A stretch of DNA of 64,000 nucleotides, taken from contig JAIELV010000001.1 in NCBI GenBank assembly GCA_019752595.1, forward strand, positions 56,486 through 120,485, given 5' to 3'. The notes beneath the pieces were generated by a model. The model was not told the origin of the DNA and did not search any database. It worked only from the letters and a program-made list of their open reading frames with translations. Position numbers and translations under genes: made by a program. This document shows, piece after piece, positions 52,915 through 62,690 of the stretch. Position 1 is the stretch's first letter; each line of letters starts with the position of its first letter. This DNA is from Patescibacteria group bacterium (GTDB lineage Bacteria > Patescibacteriota > Minisyncoccia > Phycocordibacterales > Phycocordibacteraceae).

Positions 52915-53040
52915 ATGGATTTTATACAAGCAGTTATCGCGTTTGCCGTGCAAATCTTTCAGCTCATACTGCAACTGATTATTCAGGTTTTGAGTTTTAT
53001 TCTCTACATATTTCAGTGGATTGTGGGTTTGTTCTCTTGA
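52915..53040 (+). CDS. 41-aa hydrophobic small protein (not in the ORF track)
   Basis: MDFIQAVIAFAVQIFQLILQLIIQVLSFILYIFQWIVGLFS; lies between the SGNH stop and a terminator. Confidence 0.65.
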   Translation: MDFIQAVIAFAVQIFQLILQLIIQVLSFILYIFQWIVGLFS

Positions 53041-53050
53041 GTCGTGTAAT

Positions 53051-53082
53051 AAAAAATCCCCGACGTACGTCGGGGATTTTTT
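53051..53082. terminator. Bidirectional terminator
   Basis: AAAAAATCCCCGACGT|ACGTCGGGGATTTTTT. Confidence 0.85.
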
Positions 53083-53093
53083 GAATGAGAAGC

Positions 53094-53420
53094 TTAGAAA
53101 TTGAAGTGTTTAGCGAAAGAGCCTACCAACGGCAATTCTTGCTCTTTCTTGTTTACGGCGTTGATGATGCCCATAATCGCAAAGACCAATACTACGAGGT
53201 TGATAAGGCCCATGAAAGGAATAAATGCCCACAACATACCTCCTAAAAACCAGAGTGCGACTTCAATCACCAAAAGCACTAAGCCCTGCTTTATGTGAAA
53301 TTTTACAAATGGAGTATCTTTCGCAACGATGTACGAAACTATAACCAATGGACCGATGTAGGCGAGGGCTGCCATCACTGTACTGTTGTCGGGTTCAGAT
53401 TTTTTTGCTTCTTCAGTCAT
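53094..53420 (-). CDS. Small membrane protein (DUF4870-like)
   Basis: ALAY, FVKFHIKQG, LPLVG. Confidence 0.8.
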   Translation of the reverse strand: MTEEAKKSEPDNSTVMAALAYIGPLVIVSYIVAKDTPFVKFHIKQGLVLLVIEVALWFLGGMLWAFIPFMGLINLVVLVFAIMGIINAVNKKEQELPLVGSFAKHFNF

Positions 53421-53469
53421 ATAAAAAATGAAACTAGTATACGCACTAGTATACGCCCCTAAACTAGCG

Positions 53470-53496
53470 AAAGTGCTATACTTAGTATAGCACTTT
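53470..53496. repeat. Palindrome family G copy (operator/promoter-like)
   Basis: AAAGTGCTATACT-T-AGTATAGCACTTT; near-identical copy at 63790. Confidence 0.65.
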
Positions 53497-53508
53497 AGGG
53501 GCGTGGAT

Positions 53509-54471
53509 TTACTGCGGATAGTACGGTACGCCCTCGCACACACGGCCGTCAGTTTGGGCTATGGTTGAGTACTCTGTTATGGATATTTTCCTGTCTGTTT
53601 CAACTGGAATATGGAGCAAAACAGCGCGTCCGTGAGAAACATCATCGTTCCAGTACTGGTCAAAAATAAAATTTCCAAGAGAGTAATAGACAACGGTATT
53701 TCCAATATCTTCGCGCTCAAGCACTACGTGTGGGTGAGAGCCAATAATTGCACGTGCGCCTGCTTCTGCAAATAATTTCGCCGACACTTTCATCTGAGGG
53801 GTGGTTGAGGAATATTCTTCTCCCCAGTGTGCGTATACGAGAACCGTGCGACCGACTGATTTTTCAAGACGAATGACATCTGCAACATCTGTGTCTGAGG
53901 AACCGCCAAACTGGTTGTAACTTACAAATGAGAGGGGAATACCATGCGCATCTTTTCGATACACAGGCTCGTCGCCCGAAAGGCCCCCGAAATATGCGAC
54001 ACCTGATGCATCCAGATACTCCTTTGTTCTCTGTATTCCTTCACGACCAAAATTCGCAATGTGATTATTGCCGAGAGAAACCACGCTGATATTATTTCGC
54101 TTCAGTGATTCAGCCACCGAGGGTGGGAAGGTAAAGCGAAAATGGTCCAGGTTTTCAGGGGTTGTACCACTCGAAACCGATGCGTTGTCTGTTATTGGTC
54201 CTTCCAAGTTTCCGACGACAAAGTCAGCGCGGGACAATAACGGGTAGATACAGGAGAATACAAAATCCGCTCCGACGGTTTCAATAGTCTTTCGTATGTG
54301 TCGATCGAAAAACATGTCGCCGACGAAGAGAATGTTCGCGTCTGCGATATTTTTTTCTGAATCAGGCGTAAAGGGTATGGTCCGTGGGTTACCAGGTATC
54401 AGATACAGGTAAGCGAGAATTACTACACATACGGCTATCGCGGTTACAGCACCTATGAGAATACGTTTCAT
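53509..54471 (-). CDS. CapA-family metallophosphatase
   Basis: GD, NLE, GNNH, HWG, GSHPH, YSLGNF. Confidence 0.9.
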   Translation of the reverse strand: MKRILIGAVTAIAVCVVILAYLYLIPGNPRTIPFTPDSEKNIADANILFVGDMFFDRHIRKTIETVGADFVFSCIYPLLSRADFVVGNLEGPITDNASVSSGTTPENLDHFRFTFPPSVAESLKRNNISVVSLGNNHIANFGREGIQRTKEYLDASGVAYFGGLSGDEPVYRKDAHGIPLSFVSYNQFGGSSDTDVADVIRLEKSVGRTVLVYAHWGEEYSSTTPQMKVSAKLFAEAGARAIIGSHPHVVLEREDIGNTVVYYSLGNFIFDQYWNDDVSHGRAVLLHIPVETDRKISITEYSTIAQTDGRVCEGVPYYPQ

Positions 54472-55250
54472 TTCATTTTTCTTGGAAAGAATGGAAGGAA
54501 GGCGCTCGTTGTTTTTTTGTATTCTTCAAACTCAGGATTTCCTTCAAATGTTTTCTCGAGCATTGGAATGCCAGAGACTTTGAGAATGAGGAAGGTAATC
54601 ATCAACGGGCTGATAACTGCAAAGATGCCGAACGGTATCTCAAGAAGAATAATAAAAATACCCCACCACATGGTGACTTCGCCGAAGTAATTTGGGTGTC
54701 GTGAATATTTCCACAATCCGTAACGCATTATTTTTCCTTTGTTCTCGGGTTTTTTCAAGAACGCATCAAGCTGAGAATCACCAATAGCTTCAAACAGAAA
54801 ACCAATAACCCATACTACGAGTCCAAGAAGGGCAAGGAGTCCGACGCCACCTGTGTCGTACACGCTCGCATGGATAAACGGATACCCAATAACAATCATT
54901 AACGCGCCTTGGAGAAGAAACACCTGCAGGTAGCGAATAAGCAAAGTCCACTTTCCCCACTTTTCTGAAAGGAGCGTGTAGCGCGGGTCTTCTTTTTTAT
55001 TTTTGTTCTTTAGATAAATTCGAGCAGAGAGTCGAATACCCCAGATAGCAACGAGAAGTAAAAGAAGTGTCATGCGCTCGGTGGCTGTCGTTTGCAAAAG
55101 GGACGCAACGAGCCCGACAAGTGCAATTCCTAGCCCCCAGGCAATATCCGCAACGTCGCTCCGTTTGAGGGCGTACGATATACCGAACCAAATCGTGACG
55201 TACACAAAAACTGTACTCGCGACAGCAGTAAGTACTGAAAGTATTTCCAT
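54468..55250 (-). CDS. DUF1295 / steroid 5-alpha-reductase-like membrane protein
   Basis: DIAWG, EDPRY, SRHPNYFGE. Confidence 0.88.
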   Translation of the reverse strand: MEILSVLTAVASTVFVYVTIWFGISYALKRSDVADIAWGLGIALVGLVASLLQTTATERMTLLLLLVAIWGIRLSARIYLKNKNKKEDPRYTLLSEKWGKWTLLIRYLQVFLLQGALMIVIGYPFIHASVYDTGGVGLLALLGLVVWVIGFLFEAIGDSQLDAFLKKPENKGKIMRYGLWKYSRHPNYFGEVTMWWGIFIILLEIPFGIFAVISPLMITFLILKVSGIPMLEKTFEGNPEFEEYKKTTSAFLPFFPRKMK

Positions 55251-55253
55251 GTG

Positions 55254-55661
55254 TTACGAGAAAAGTGACTTACCAATGAAGTAACTTGCAGTTGCGACAG
55301 AACCTGAAAGCACCGCACCCCACGCCATGTCGATAAGTGTCACCGATAGTGGCCAGTTTTTTAGTGTTGCGAGGTTGGTGAGATCGTATGTAGCGTATGC
55401 CATAAATCCGAAGAGGGCTCCGAGCATGACTGCTTTCATGGCGCTTTTTGCCTCAAGAGCGGGGAGGACGGCAAACACCAAAATACCGACGATAAAAATC
55501 AGGTAAAAGATAATAGCTGCAGGCCAGTTCACGGGTCCTAAAAAGCCCGCCAACTGTTTCTGATACAGATCTTTCGCGACAACTCCAATCCAAAGCATAT
55601 CAATTGCAAAAAAGACGGGAACAGTGAGGAGGTAAAGGTAAATGTGTTGTAGAAATGTCAT
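55254..55661 (-). CDS. DUF2177-like membrane protein
   Basis: DMLW, YATYDLTN, DMAWG. Confidence 0.85.
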   Translation of the reverse strand: MTFLQHIYLYLLTVPVFFAIDMLWIGVVAKDLYQKQLAGFLGPVNWPAAIIFYLIFIVGILVFAVLPALEAKSAMKAVMLGALFGFMAYATYDLTNLATLKNWPLSVTLIDMAWGAVLSGSVATASYFIGKSLFS

Positions 55662-55670
55662 AGGTGATAC

Positions 55671-56900
55671 TTAGTTACTCGTGGTTGTTAAAGGTTCTGT
55701 ATACAGTATGCGATAGATAACTCCCGCACGGTCGTCGGACACAAACATGGTGCCACCTGGTTCGACAAGAATATCAACTGGTCGACCGAGCGCCTCCCCG
55801 TCACTATTCAGAAATCCCGTCATGAAATCAATCTCTTCCCCGAGATAGTTTCTCGAGTAGCTGTAGTCGAAGCGTACGATTTTGTACCCTGTCGGGACAC
55901 TTCGATTCCATGAGCCATGGTAGGCAACCAAAATATCACCGCGATACATTTCAGGCCAGCCTTCCTCGGGAATAAACGCGATTCCTAAAGGTGCAGAATG
56001 TGCCTGGAGTGCGATTTTTGCGGGAGTTTCAAACGGCTTCATACAAGGATTTCTGATATACGTGTTTTTATCAAAATCAGTGTCATGCATGTTCATCCCG
56101 AAACAAGTAGGCCAGCCGTAATTTCCGTTTTCTGTTATCACATTTACCTCATCGGGCGGTATATCGTCACCCAAAAGATCCCGACCCATGTCTGTGCCCC
56201 AGATAGAACCGTCATACGGGTTCGTTTCCATAAACACGGTATTGCGTAATCCGCGTGCGTAGATTGAAACTTTTTTTGTTTCCAAGTCTAGCGCAAGTAT
56301 CGCAGCACGGCGTTCGTCATCCTCGTTGCAGACGTTGCAGGATGAGCCGACAGATACTAAAAGACGTTTGCCATCGGGGTGCAGATGTAGTGTGCGTGTG
56401 AAGTGTTGCCCACCTCCAGCGGAAGGCAATTCCATAACCTTTTCTGCAAATTTTGCCTTAAGGGTTTCTGGGTTGTATGAAAATCGGGATACAGATTTTT
56501 CCTCAGCAACATAGAGAGAGCAAGATGATTCTTCGTTACAGAGAAAGAGAATGCCGTGAGGTTTTTGCAGGTTGTCTGCAATAACAATCATTTCATCTGA
56601 AAGACCATCATTGTTGTTGTCAGGAAATGCTCCAATAACACCCTCTGATGTCAGCGAGGCGATAAGCACACCGCTAGGGTCGCGAGTCAAAACGCGTACT
56701 CCTGGCGCATTGAATGCGTACAAGTGTGCTGAAAAACCTTCAGGTAAGGAAAAAGGCAGAGCGGTGTCTGCCACCATTCTGGGTACATCATTCAATATAG
56801 GTGAGAGCCCCGCAGTAAGTTTCGATATATATGGGTAGGCGAGTACTCCAAGTACACCTATGGTAATGAGCATGCTCAAAGGACCAAGAATTTTCTGCAT
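55671..56900 (-). CDS. PQQ-dependent sugar/sorbosone dehydrogenase-like beta-propeller
   Basis: GSSCNVC, GLRN, NYGWP, AHSAPLG, HGSWNR. Confidence 0.88.
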   Translation of the reverse strand: MQKILGPLSMLITIGVLGVLAYPYISKLTAGLSPILNDVPRMVADTALPFSLPEGFSAHLYAFNAPGVRVLTRDPSGVLIASLTSEGVIGAFPDNNNDGLSDEMIVIADNLQKPHGILFLCNEESSCSLYVAEEKSVSRFSYNPETLKAKFAEKVMELPSAGGGQHFTRTLHLHPDGKRLLVSVGSSCNVCNEDDERRAAILALDLETKKVSIYARGLRNTVFMETNPYDGSIWGTDMGRDLLGDDIPPDEVNVITENGNYGWPTCFGMNMHDTDFDKNTYIRNPCMKPFETPAKIALQAHSAPLGIAFIPEEGWPEMYRGDILVAYHGSWNRSVPTGYKIVRFDYSYSRNYLGEEIDFMTGFLNSDGEALGRPVDILVEPGGTMFVSDDRAGVIYRILYTEPLTTTSN

Positions 56901-56935
56901 CAGGTACAGTATACAAAACTCTGTGTCGGGGTATC

Positions 56936-57481
56936 ATGATGTCTATGCAAGAAGAACAAAAAATGCCTGCTCCCGACGCGGCGAAAAACACTGGAGCTCT
57001 ATGGGCAGTAGGGCTTTCGTTTGTCGTTATTATTATTCTCGCAGTTCTTTTATTCGTTATTCCTAGTCCCGCTAAAAATACTACTGACACAGCGACCACT
57101 ACCGAAGAAGTAGTGGGTGATACTGCAACCCCAGTAAAACCAACAAGCACGGAAACTGCTTCGTACCCAGCAGCAGGCTCACGCCTTATGCAAAACGGTG
57201 TATATGTCACCGTTATTCATTTCACTGGAAAAGCATTTAACCCAGCGTCAGTCACTATCACCCACGGCGAAGAAGTGCGATTTATCAATACGTCGAATCT
57301 GACCATGGACATTGGTCCTCAGCAGCCGAACGCTTCAAGCCCGAGTTATTCTGCGCTCAATCAGGCAAGCGCCAAAGGAAAGGGTGGCATCTATCAGGTA
57401 GGCTTGACCGACATTGGTGTATGGGCGTATGCGAACCTCACGAGCAACCCTCCAATAAAAGGCATTGTAAACGTCAAATAG
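56936..57481 (+). CDS. Membrane-anchored cupredoxin-like protein
   Basis: TM, Thr-rich linker, F.P..VTI..G..V.F.N, G.W.Y, G.V.V pattern. Confidence 0.65.
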   Translation: MMSMQEEQKMPAPDAAKNTGALWAVGLSFVVIIILAVLLFVIPSPAKNTTDTATTTEEVVGDTATPVKPTSTETASYPAAGSRLMQNGVYVTVIHFTGKAFNPASVTITHGEEVRFINTSNLTMDIGPQQPNASSPSYSALNQASAKGKGGIYQVGLTDIGVWAYANLTSNPPIKGIVNVK

Positions 57482-57487
57482 AAAAAA

Positions 57488-58012
57488 CTATTCGCTTGCC
57501 TCAACCTTCTTTTGAATATCCGATATATCGATCTTTTTCTCCATGCGATTTAATTCAGAGTCCTTTTTTCTAATTCCTAAGTGCTCTTGAATCTCAGAAA
57601 GCATTTTGAGTATTTTGGTGATTTCGTCTTCAGCGCGTACGTCGACTTCGAAATTCACGCGCTGTCTGATGTCGGCGATTTTACTCTGCCTGTTTTGCGA
57701 GATAAGCACAATAATTGAAAGGAAGATTGCTTCAAGGGAAACCGCCATCGTCAGCAACCCGAAAGGGAAAGGGTCAAATGGTACAAACCCGAATTCTGGA
57801 ATGTTGATGATAATCCATCCAACAAACAAAAGTGCGTTTATAAGGAGAAACCACACAGACCCGAAAACGCTGGTGCAAAAATCTGCGATTTCGTCCATCC
57901 ATGTTTTTTCAAACTTGATTTGCGAACGTAATACCTCATTCAACACCTGACGTGTAATCTTTTGTTTCTGCTCCGATATCGGTTCAGGTGTTTGTTTTTT
58001 TGAAAAAAACAT
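57488..58012 (-). CDS. DUF1003-like membrane protein
   Basis: FDPFPF.LL...SLEA, ISQNRQ. Confidence 0.85.
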   Translation of the reverse strand: MFFSKKQTPEPISEQKQKITRQVLNEVLRSQIKFEKTWMDEIADFCTSVFGSVWFLLINALLFVGWIIINIPEFGFVPFDPFPFGLLTMAVSLEAIFLSIIVLISQNRQSKIADIRQRVNFEVDVRAEDEITKILKMLSEIQEHLGIRKKDSELNRMEKKIDISDIQKKVEASE

Positions 58013-58041
58013 AATGTTTCTGAGTCCTATCTTAAGGTAGC

Positions 58042-59181
58042 TTACTGTGGATTGTAGGACGACATTCCTATTTCTACTAACTCGTAGGGAATAGTGTGCC
58101 CGTCAAACATCCATGAGCGGACGCTTTCGATCTCTTCTTTTGTAAGAGATTTTGCAAGGACGTCAAAGAAATTTTCATTCGTTCTGTGAATTTCAGTAAG
58201 GAGTGTCTCTAAAGAAGTTCCGTTGTCTACAAGCAGTCCTTCAATCGCAAGCATCGCCAATGGAGCAAGAATATAGTGCGTGTATTGCGCCTCGAGGAAA
58301 GAGGCATCGCGTTTTAAAATAACACTCGGACGTATTGCTTCAAATTCCTGCTTGTTGCTGTTGAAGGGGTACGAAGACACAAGAGAAAAATCTTTTGTCT
58401 GTACAGCAGTATGCACGTTGTAGAGGTAGCGCACTCTGAATTCCCGTCCTGCGGGTGAGGTACGGTATTTTATTTCTGACCACGAAGCCTCTAACTCTTG
58501 AAAATCTTCTGCGGGAATAGGATTCTGATTTTCTTGATAGATGCGCATATCACCGCGCTGTCTGTTGTAGAGGTGGGCGATGGCGTGTATGAGGAGTTCT
58601 TCACCGCGAATGCTCGTGGGGGGTTGCACATAGATTGAAAGGGTATCGCGAGGATCTGGATACACAGGGACCGTTTTCCCGTCATTTCGCGCAATGCCTA
58701 CAGTGACGAGTACGCTGTGCATGCGTTTTTTGTTTTCTTTCGAATCGTTAAATAGTTTTCCAATACGTTCAAATGCATTTCGTATGCTTGCCTCATACAG
58801 CTCTTGTTCACTCGGCGGTGTGTTTTTTGGGTACACGAGCGCTACATCGTATGCGCTAAATACAAATGCAAGTTTCTTCTCTTCGAAATCCTCCGAGCGT
58901 ATGAGCACTCCCGTTACATTTTCTTTGTAACGTACCCACCCGTTTCCTGATTCTGTTTCTCCGAGCGGTTTCCATCCCTTCTCAACGCATATTTTTCTAT
59001 CTTGGTGTTCAAACGATACCAGTGAGGGTCCTGACCACGTACGGAATCCTTGAGAACCCTCTGTTGTTTCTACAGCAGAAACAGGCGAACAGCCGATGTC
59101 CGTGACGTAGTACACCAGCGCACCGCTGAAGATGGCGAGAAGGATTGCCCCCAAAAGGATAGATAGTGTTTTTAGTTTCAT
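58042..59181 (-). CDS. Exported hypothetical protein with a degenerate zincin-like motif
   Basis: Signal/TM; HAIAH with downstream E..A. Confidence 0.65.
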   Translation of the reverse strand: MKLKTLSILLGAILLAIFSGALVYYVTDIGCSPVSAVETTEGSQGFRTWSGPSLVSFEHQDRKICVEKGWKPLGETESGNGWVRYKENVTGVLIRSEDFEEKKLAFVFSAYDVALVYPKNTPPSEQELYEASIRNAFERIGKLFNDSKENKKRMHSVLVTVGIARNDGKTVPVYPDPRDTLSIYVQPPTSIRGEELLIHAIAHLYNRQRGDMRIYQENQNPIPAEDFQELEASWSEIKYRTSPAGREFRVRYLYNVHTAVQTKDFSLVSSYPFNSNKQEFEAIRPSVILKRDASFLEAQYTHYILAPLAMLAIEGLLVDNGTSLETLLTEIHRTNENFFDVLAKSLTKEEIESVRSWMFDGHTIPYELVEIGMSSYNPQ

Positions 59182-59199
59182 GTCGTTATGAGAATCGCG

Positions 59200-60840
59200 T
59201 TATGAAAATCGTACGTTTGGCCACTCGTCTTCGAGTTTGGAAACCAAGAAGTCGCCCGACACGCGTTCAGGGAAGATTACGTAATCGGCACCCGCTTCTT
59301 TCAGTGTTGCTTCCTGTTCAAGCTCAACACTTCGTACCACTATTTTTGCTTTCACTTTCTTTCTTCGGCACGCCTCAAGAAGAGCAAGGCTGTCGCGCAT
59401 ACCGCTTGCGGTTGAAATAATAAGGTGTGCCGTATCAAGCTGAAGGTTTGCAAGTATTTCTGAATCACTGACGTCGCCGTAGAGTGCTCGATAGCCCTCG
59501 TCGCGTAATCTACGAACGGTTTCGGGGTTGTAGTCCAAGACCAATGTTTCTATGCCTGCTTTCTTGAGGTGCTCTATCACTACATGCCCTACGCGGTCTG
59601 CACCGATAACGACCACGTGACCTGAGAGCGCAGGAACAATCGCATCAGGAAGAATTTCAAGTGCCTGTTTTTTCTCAAGACGAGCGACGAGAGGTTTCAA
59701 AAATTGGTACAGCGGTTCTGAGTAGTGAATCAACAACGACGAAATCATGATTGAGAGCACCGCGGAGCCCGCGACAATAGAAAGTGTTGATTCAGTGGCA
59801 AAACCGAATTGAAGCGCAAGGAGCGCAATGATGAGCGAAAATTCTGAAACCTGAGTCATGTTCAGCGACGTGTGGAAGAGAGTGCGTTTTCTGAACGTGA
59901 AGAAACTGAGACCAACAAGGTAGGCGAGCGGTTTCAAGAGAAGCGCGAGTGCGGAGAATGCAAAGATCATCGGGAGAAATTCTGCGATTCCACCAAGGTG
60001 CACCTGCGAGCCGATGTAGATAAAAAACAATGCGACGAAGAAGTCGCGTATGGGTTTTATTCTGCTCTGTATTTGGAATTGGTACGGAGAGTGCGCAAGT
60101 GCAACTCCTGCCAAAAAAGCGCCGATGACGACTGAGAAGCCTGCAAGAACAGCAAGAGACGTAAACACAAAACACCACGTGATTGCAGCAATAAAAAGGA
60201 GCTCGACCGATTTCGCCATAGCATTAAACAGGGGAGCGATAACAAATCGAGAGAAGAAGAATGCGATGCCGATGAGCACGGTTGCCTTAAGCGCGAAGAT
60301 ACCGAGAGGTGTGAGGAGTTCGGGGCTAAAACCGTAGGAGAAGACGTTTTCGGTAATCGCCACCATGGCAATAATCGCGATAAGGTCTTCAATCAACAGA
60401 ATACCGATAGACAGTTTTCCGTAGAGAGACGCGGTGTCGCGTTTCTCCGCGAGCGTTTTCATTATGACAATAGTCGAGGAGAAGGCGAGTGCGATACCCA
60501 AGACAAACGCTTCAGTACCTGAGAACCCAAAGTACGTTGCAAGTACGAACCCTGCTATCGATGAGATTGCAACTTGGAGAAGCGTGGCAACGATAATAGG
60601 TCTGCCGAGTGAGCGAATTTCGCTCAAATTTAATTCCATGCCGATGAGGAACAACACGAAAGCGATGCCGATTTCTGGGAGTGTGTGCAGAATGGCTGAT
60701 TCAGAAATTGCGTATCCTGAGAGCGCCACACCAGCCAGAAGGTAGGCAATAACCAAGGGGAGTTTGATGCGCATCGCGATGTAGCCGATGACGCACGCAG
60801 TCGAAAGCATCACTGCCAATTCAAAAAATGCGCTATCCAT
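59200..60840 (-). CDS. CPA2 cation:proton antiporter with TrkA-N domain (Kef-like)
   Basis: Multi-TM, FSST, EDL, C-terminal RCK (VIGADRVG, YGD). Confidence 0.92.
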   Translation of the reverse strand: MDSAFFELAVMLSTACVIGYIAMRIKLPLVIAYLLAGVALSGYAISESAILHTLPEIGIAFVLFLIGMELNLSEIRSLGRPIIVATLLQVAISSIAGFVLATYFGFSGTEAFVLGIALAFSSTIVIMKTLAEKRDTASLYGKLSIGILLIEDLIAIIAMVAITENVFSYGFSPELLTPLGIFALKATVLIGIAFFFSRFVIAPLFNAMAKSVELLFIAAITWCFVFTSLAVLAGFSVVIGAFLAGVALAHSPYQFQIQSRIKPIRDFFVALFFIYIGSQVHLGGIAEFLPMIFAFSALALLLKPLAYLVGLSFFTFRKRTLFHTSLNMTQVSEFSLIIALLALQFGFATESTLSIVAGSAVLSIMISSLLIHYSEPLYQFLKPLVARLEKKQALEILPDAIVPALSGHVVVIGADRVGHVVIEHLKKAGIETLVLDYNPETVRRLRDEGYRALYGDVSDSEILANLQLDTAHLIISTASGMRDSLALLEACRRKKVKAKIVVRSVELEQEATLKEAGADYVIFPERVSGDFLVSKLEDEWPNVRFS

Positions 60841-60898
60841 TTCCTTTTTATTATACTCGGAGTATCGTTCTTCGTGTTGCCCGTGTACCATTGAGGAT

Positions 60899-61987
60899 AT
60901 GTCCATAGCCGATCCCGTTTTTGCCACATATATCTTCGCCGCCATTCTATTTGTCGTCTTGCTCGTATCTGCTCGTCCGCGTAAGCTTGATGGCTTTTCG
61001 CCCGAGGTGGTGCAAGAGTTAAAAGGATTTGCAATTATCGCTATTGTCCTAAGTCATATCGGATATTTTCTTGTGTCTGACCACCGATTCCTGGCACCAC
61101 TGTCAAGCCTTGCGGGGGTGGGAGTCGATCTTTTTTTGTTGGTTTCTGGTTTCGGATTGGCAGCAAGCGCATTGAAAACCGTTCGAAAACCGCTTGAGTT
61201 TTATAAACGGAGGCTTGATAAGCTTTTTACCCCACTATGGAGTGCGCTCGCGATTTTTTTCACGATGGATTTTTTCATACTCGGAAAAACATATTCTCTC
61301 GATTACATAGCCCGTTCTTTTGTAGGCCTTTTCCCGAGTGCCGACGTTTACACCGATATAAACTCTCCGCTGTGGTACATCACACTTATTTTGTTTTTCT
61401 ATCTGATATTTCCACTCCTTTTTATACACAAGCGCCCACTTGTTTCCGCTGGCCTCGTCTTTGCTACGGGGTACGCACTCACATCACTTCAGTTGCCGTT
61501 TTTCTCAGCCGTCGCACATCTTCACGAGCTTCACGTGTGGGCCTTCCCAGTCGGTATGGCGATTGCGGGTCTTCTGAAGGGGCGTGAGATAGGGAAAGAG
61601 ATAGGGACGTTGCCACCAGTGCTCTACGCGCTAAGCCTTTTGGGAACAGCAGGTGCGTTTTTTTATTTCGCAGGCCACTCGAATGTGGGCGCAGGAGTAT
61701 TTCTTGAGCAGGGAACAAGCATTACTATCGCGCTTCTTCTCTGTTTGTTTTTTGTGATTAAAAAGTTTGAAGTACGACTTCTGTATCTTTTCGGAATATT
61801 TTCATACGAAATATATCTCTTCCACTGGCCGATTATGTCTCGGTATGACATGTTCTTCAAATTTTTACCGCAGTGGCTTGCCGTGCTTTTCTACCTCGCG
61901 CTGTTCCTTGCCCTTGGGTGGCTGTTTCAGGAAATACAGAAGAGGATTTCCAAACTAAACCAAACCAAAATTAAGCATTTGACATGA
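60899..61987 (+). CDS. Acyltransferase-3 family membrane protein
   Basis: LKGFAI...H, GVDLFL.VSG, RR, LWYI, SYEIYLFH. Confidence 0.88.
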   Translation: MSIADPVFATYIFAAILFVVLLVSARPRKLDGFSPEVVQELKGFAIIAIVLSHIGYFLVSDHRFLAPLSSLAGVGVDLFLLVSGFGLAASALKTVRKPLEFYKRRLDKLFTPLWSALAIFFTMDFFILGKTYSLDYIARSFVGLFPSADVYTDINSPLWYITLILFFYLIFPLLFIHKRPLVSAGLVFATGYALTSLQLPFFSAVAHLHELHVWAFPVGMAIAGLLKGREIGKEIGTLPPVLYALSLLGTAGAFFYFAGHSNVGAGVFLEQGTSITIALLLCLFFVIKKFEVRLLYLFGIFSYEIYLFHWPIMSRYDMFFKFLPQWLAVLFYLALFLALGWLFQEIQKRISKLNQTKIKHLT

Positions 61988-62015
61988 GTCTGACCTCTTG
62001 TACAGTTCTCTTTCT

Positions 62016-62684
62016 ATGAGTGAACAACGCCTTGAAGGTGCACCTAGAGCCATCGAATGTGTGGGCAGGGAAAAGTTGGAACAGCGAATACAGGATATTA
62101 ACGAATGGGCGACACGCGAAGGTCTTACGGTGAAATATGTTTCGGGAATGGTGGCACTTCGTGGGAATCCAGAAGGCGGTTGGCCGCAAGTCTTTTTAGT
62201 GAACGGCTCAAGCAAAGGAGTGCCGAAAGAATTTTGGCAATTTCCAGGAGGGTATGTGCACCCCGACGACCCTGACCACGTCCTCGGACTTCAAAGAGAG
62301 CTTGATGAAGAGCTTGGGGTTGCTTTGCCCGAGCAAATTGCATATCTGGAAACCTATATACCGAAAATGAAACCTGGCGCTACGGAAGTGCTTGCAATAC
62401 ACGCGTTTGCCATGCCTGTCCCTGAGTGGGACGAACGCACCATGACGCTCGGTTCTGACGTCAGTCAGTTCGTATGGACTGATGATCCTTTTAGAGGTGA
62501 AGGCGAAGAGCCTCGCATTTTGACCGAGCAGGTGGACTTCATACTACGACGCGTTATTGGATATTCTGGTCCCAATAATAAGAACACCTGCGACGATGAA
62601 ATGTACAACGGTATTCCTGCATCCCTTGCAGAAATGATTCGCGAGCGCGAAGAGTCCGCGTCCCTTGTAGAGCAGGGTGCGTAG
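62016..62684 (+). CDS. Nudix hydrolase
   Basis: FPGG...RELDEELG. Confidence 0.8.
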   Translation: MSEQRLEGAPRAIECVGREKLEQRIQDINEWATREGLTVKYVSGMVALRGNPEGGWPQVFLVNGSSKGVPKEFWQFPGGYVHPDDPDHVLGLQRELDEELGVALPEQIAYLETYIPKMKPGATEVLAIHAFAMPVPEWDERTMTLGSDVSQFVWTDDPFRGEGEEPRILTEQVDFILRRVIGYSGPNNKNTCDDEMYNGIPASLAEMIREREESASLVEQGA

Positions 62685-62690
62685 TGCGGG

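Noticed and set aside
59184-59211. 14-bp tandem near-duplication CGTTATGAGAATCG/CGTTATGAAAATCG at the antiporter stop
   Set aside because: Only two units; most simply a local duplication with no evidence of function.
60788-60945. Apparent head-to-head overlap of the antiporter and acyltransferase ORFs
   Set aside because: It disappears with starts at 60840 and 60899, leaving a normal divergent promoter gap.
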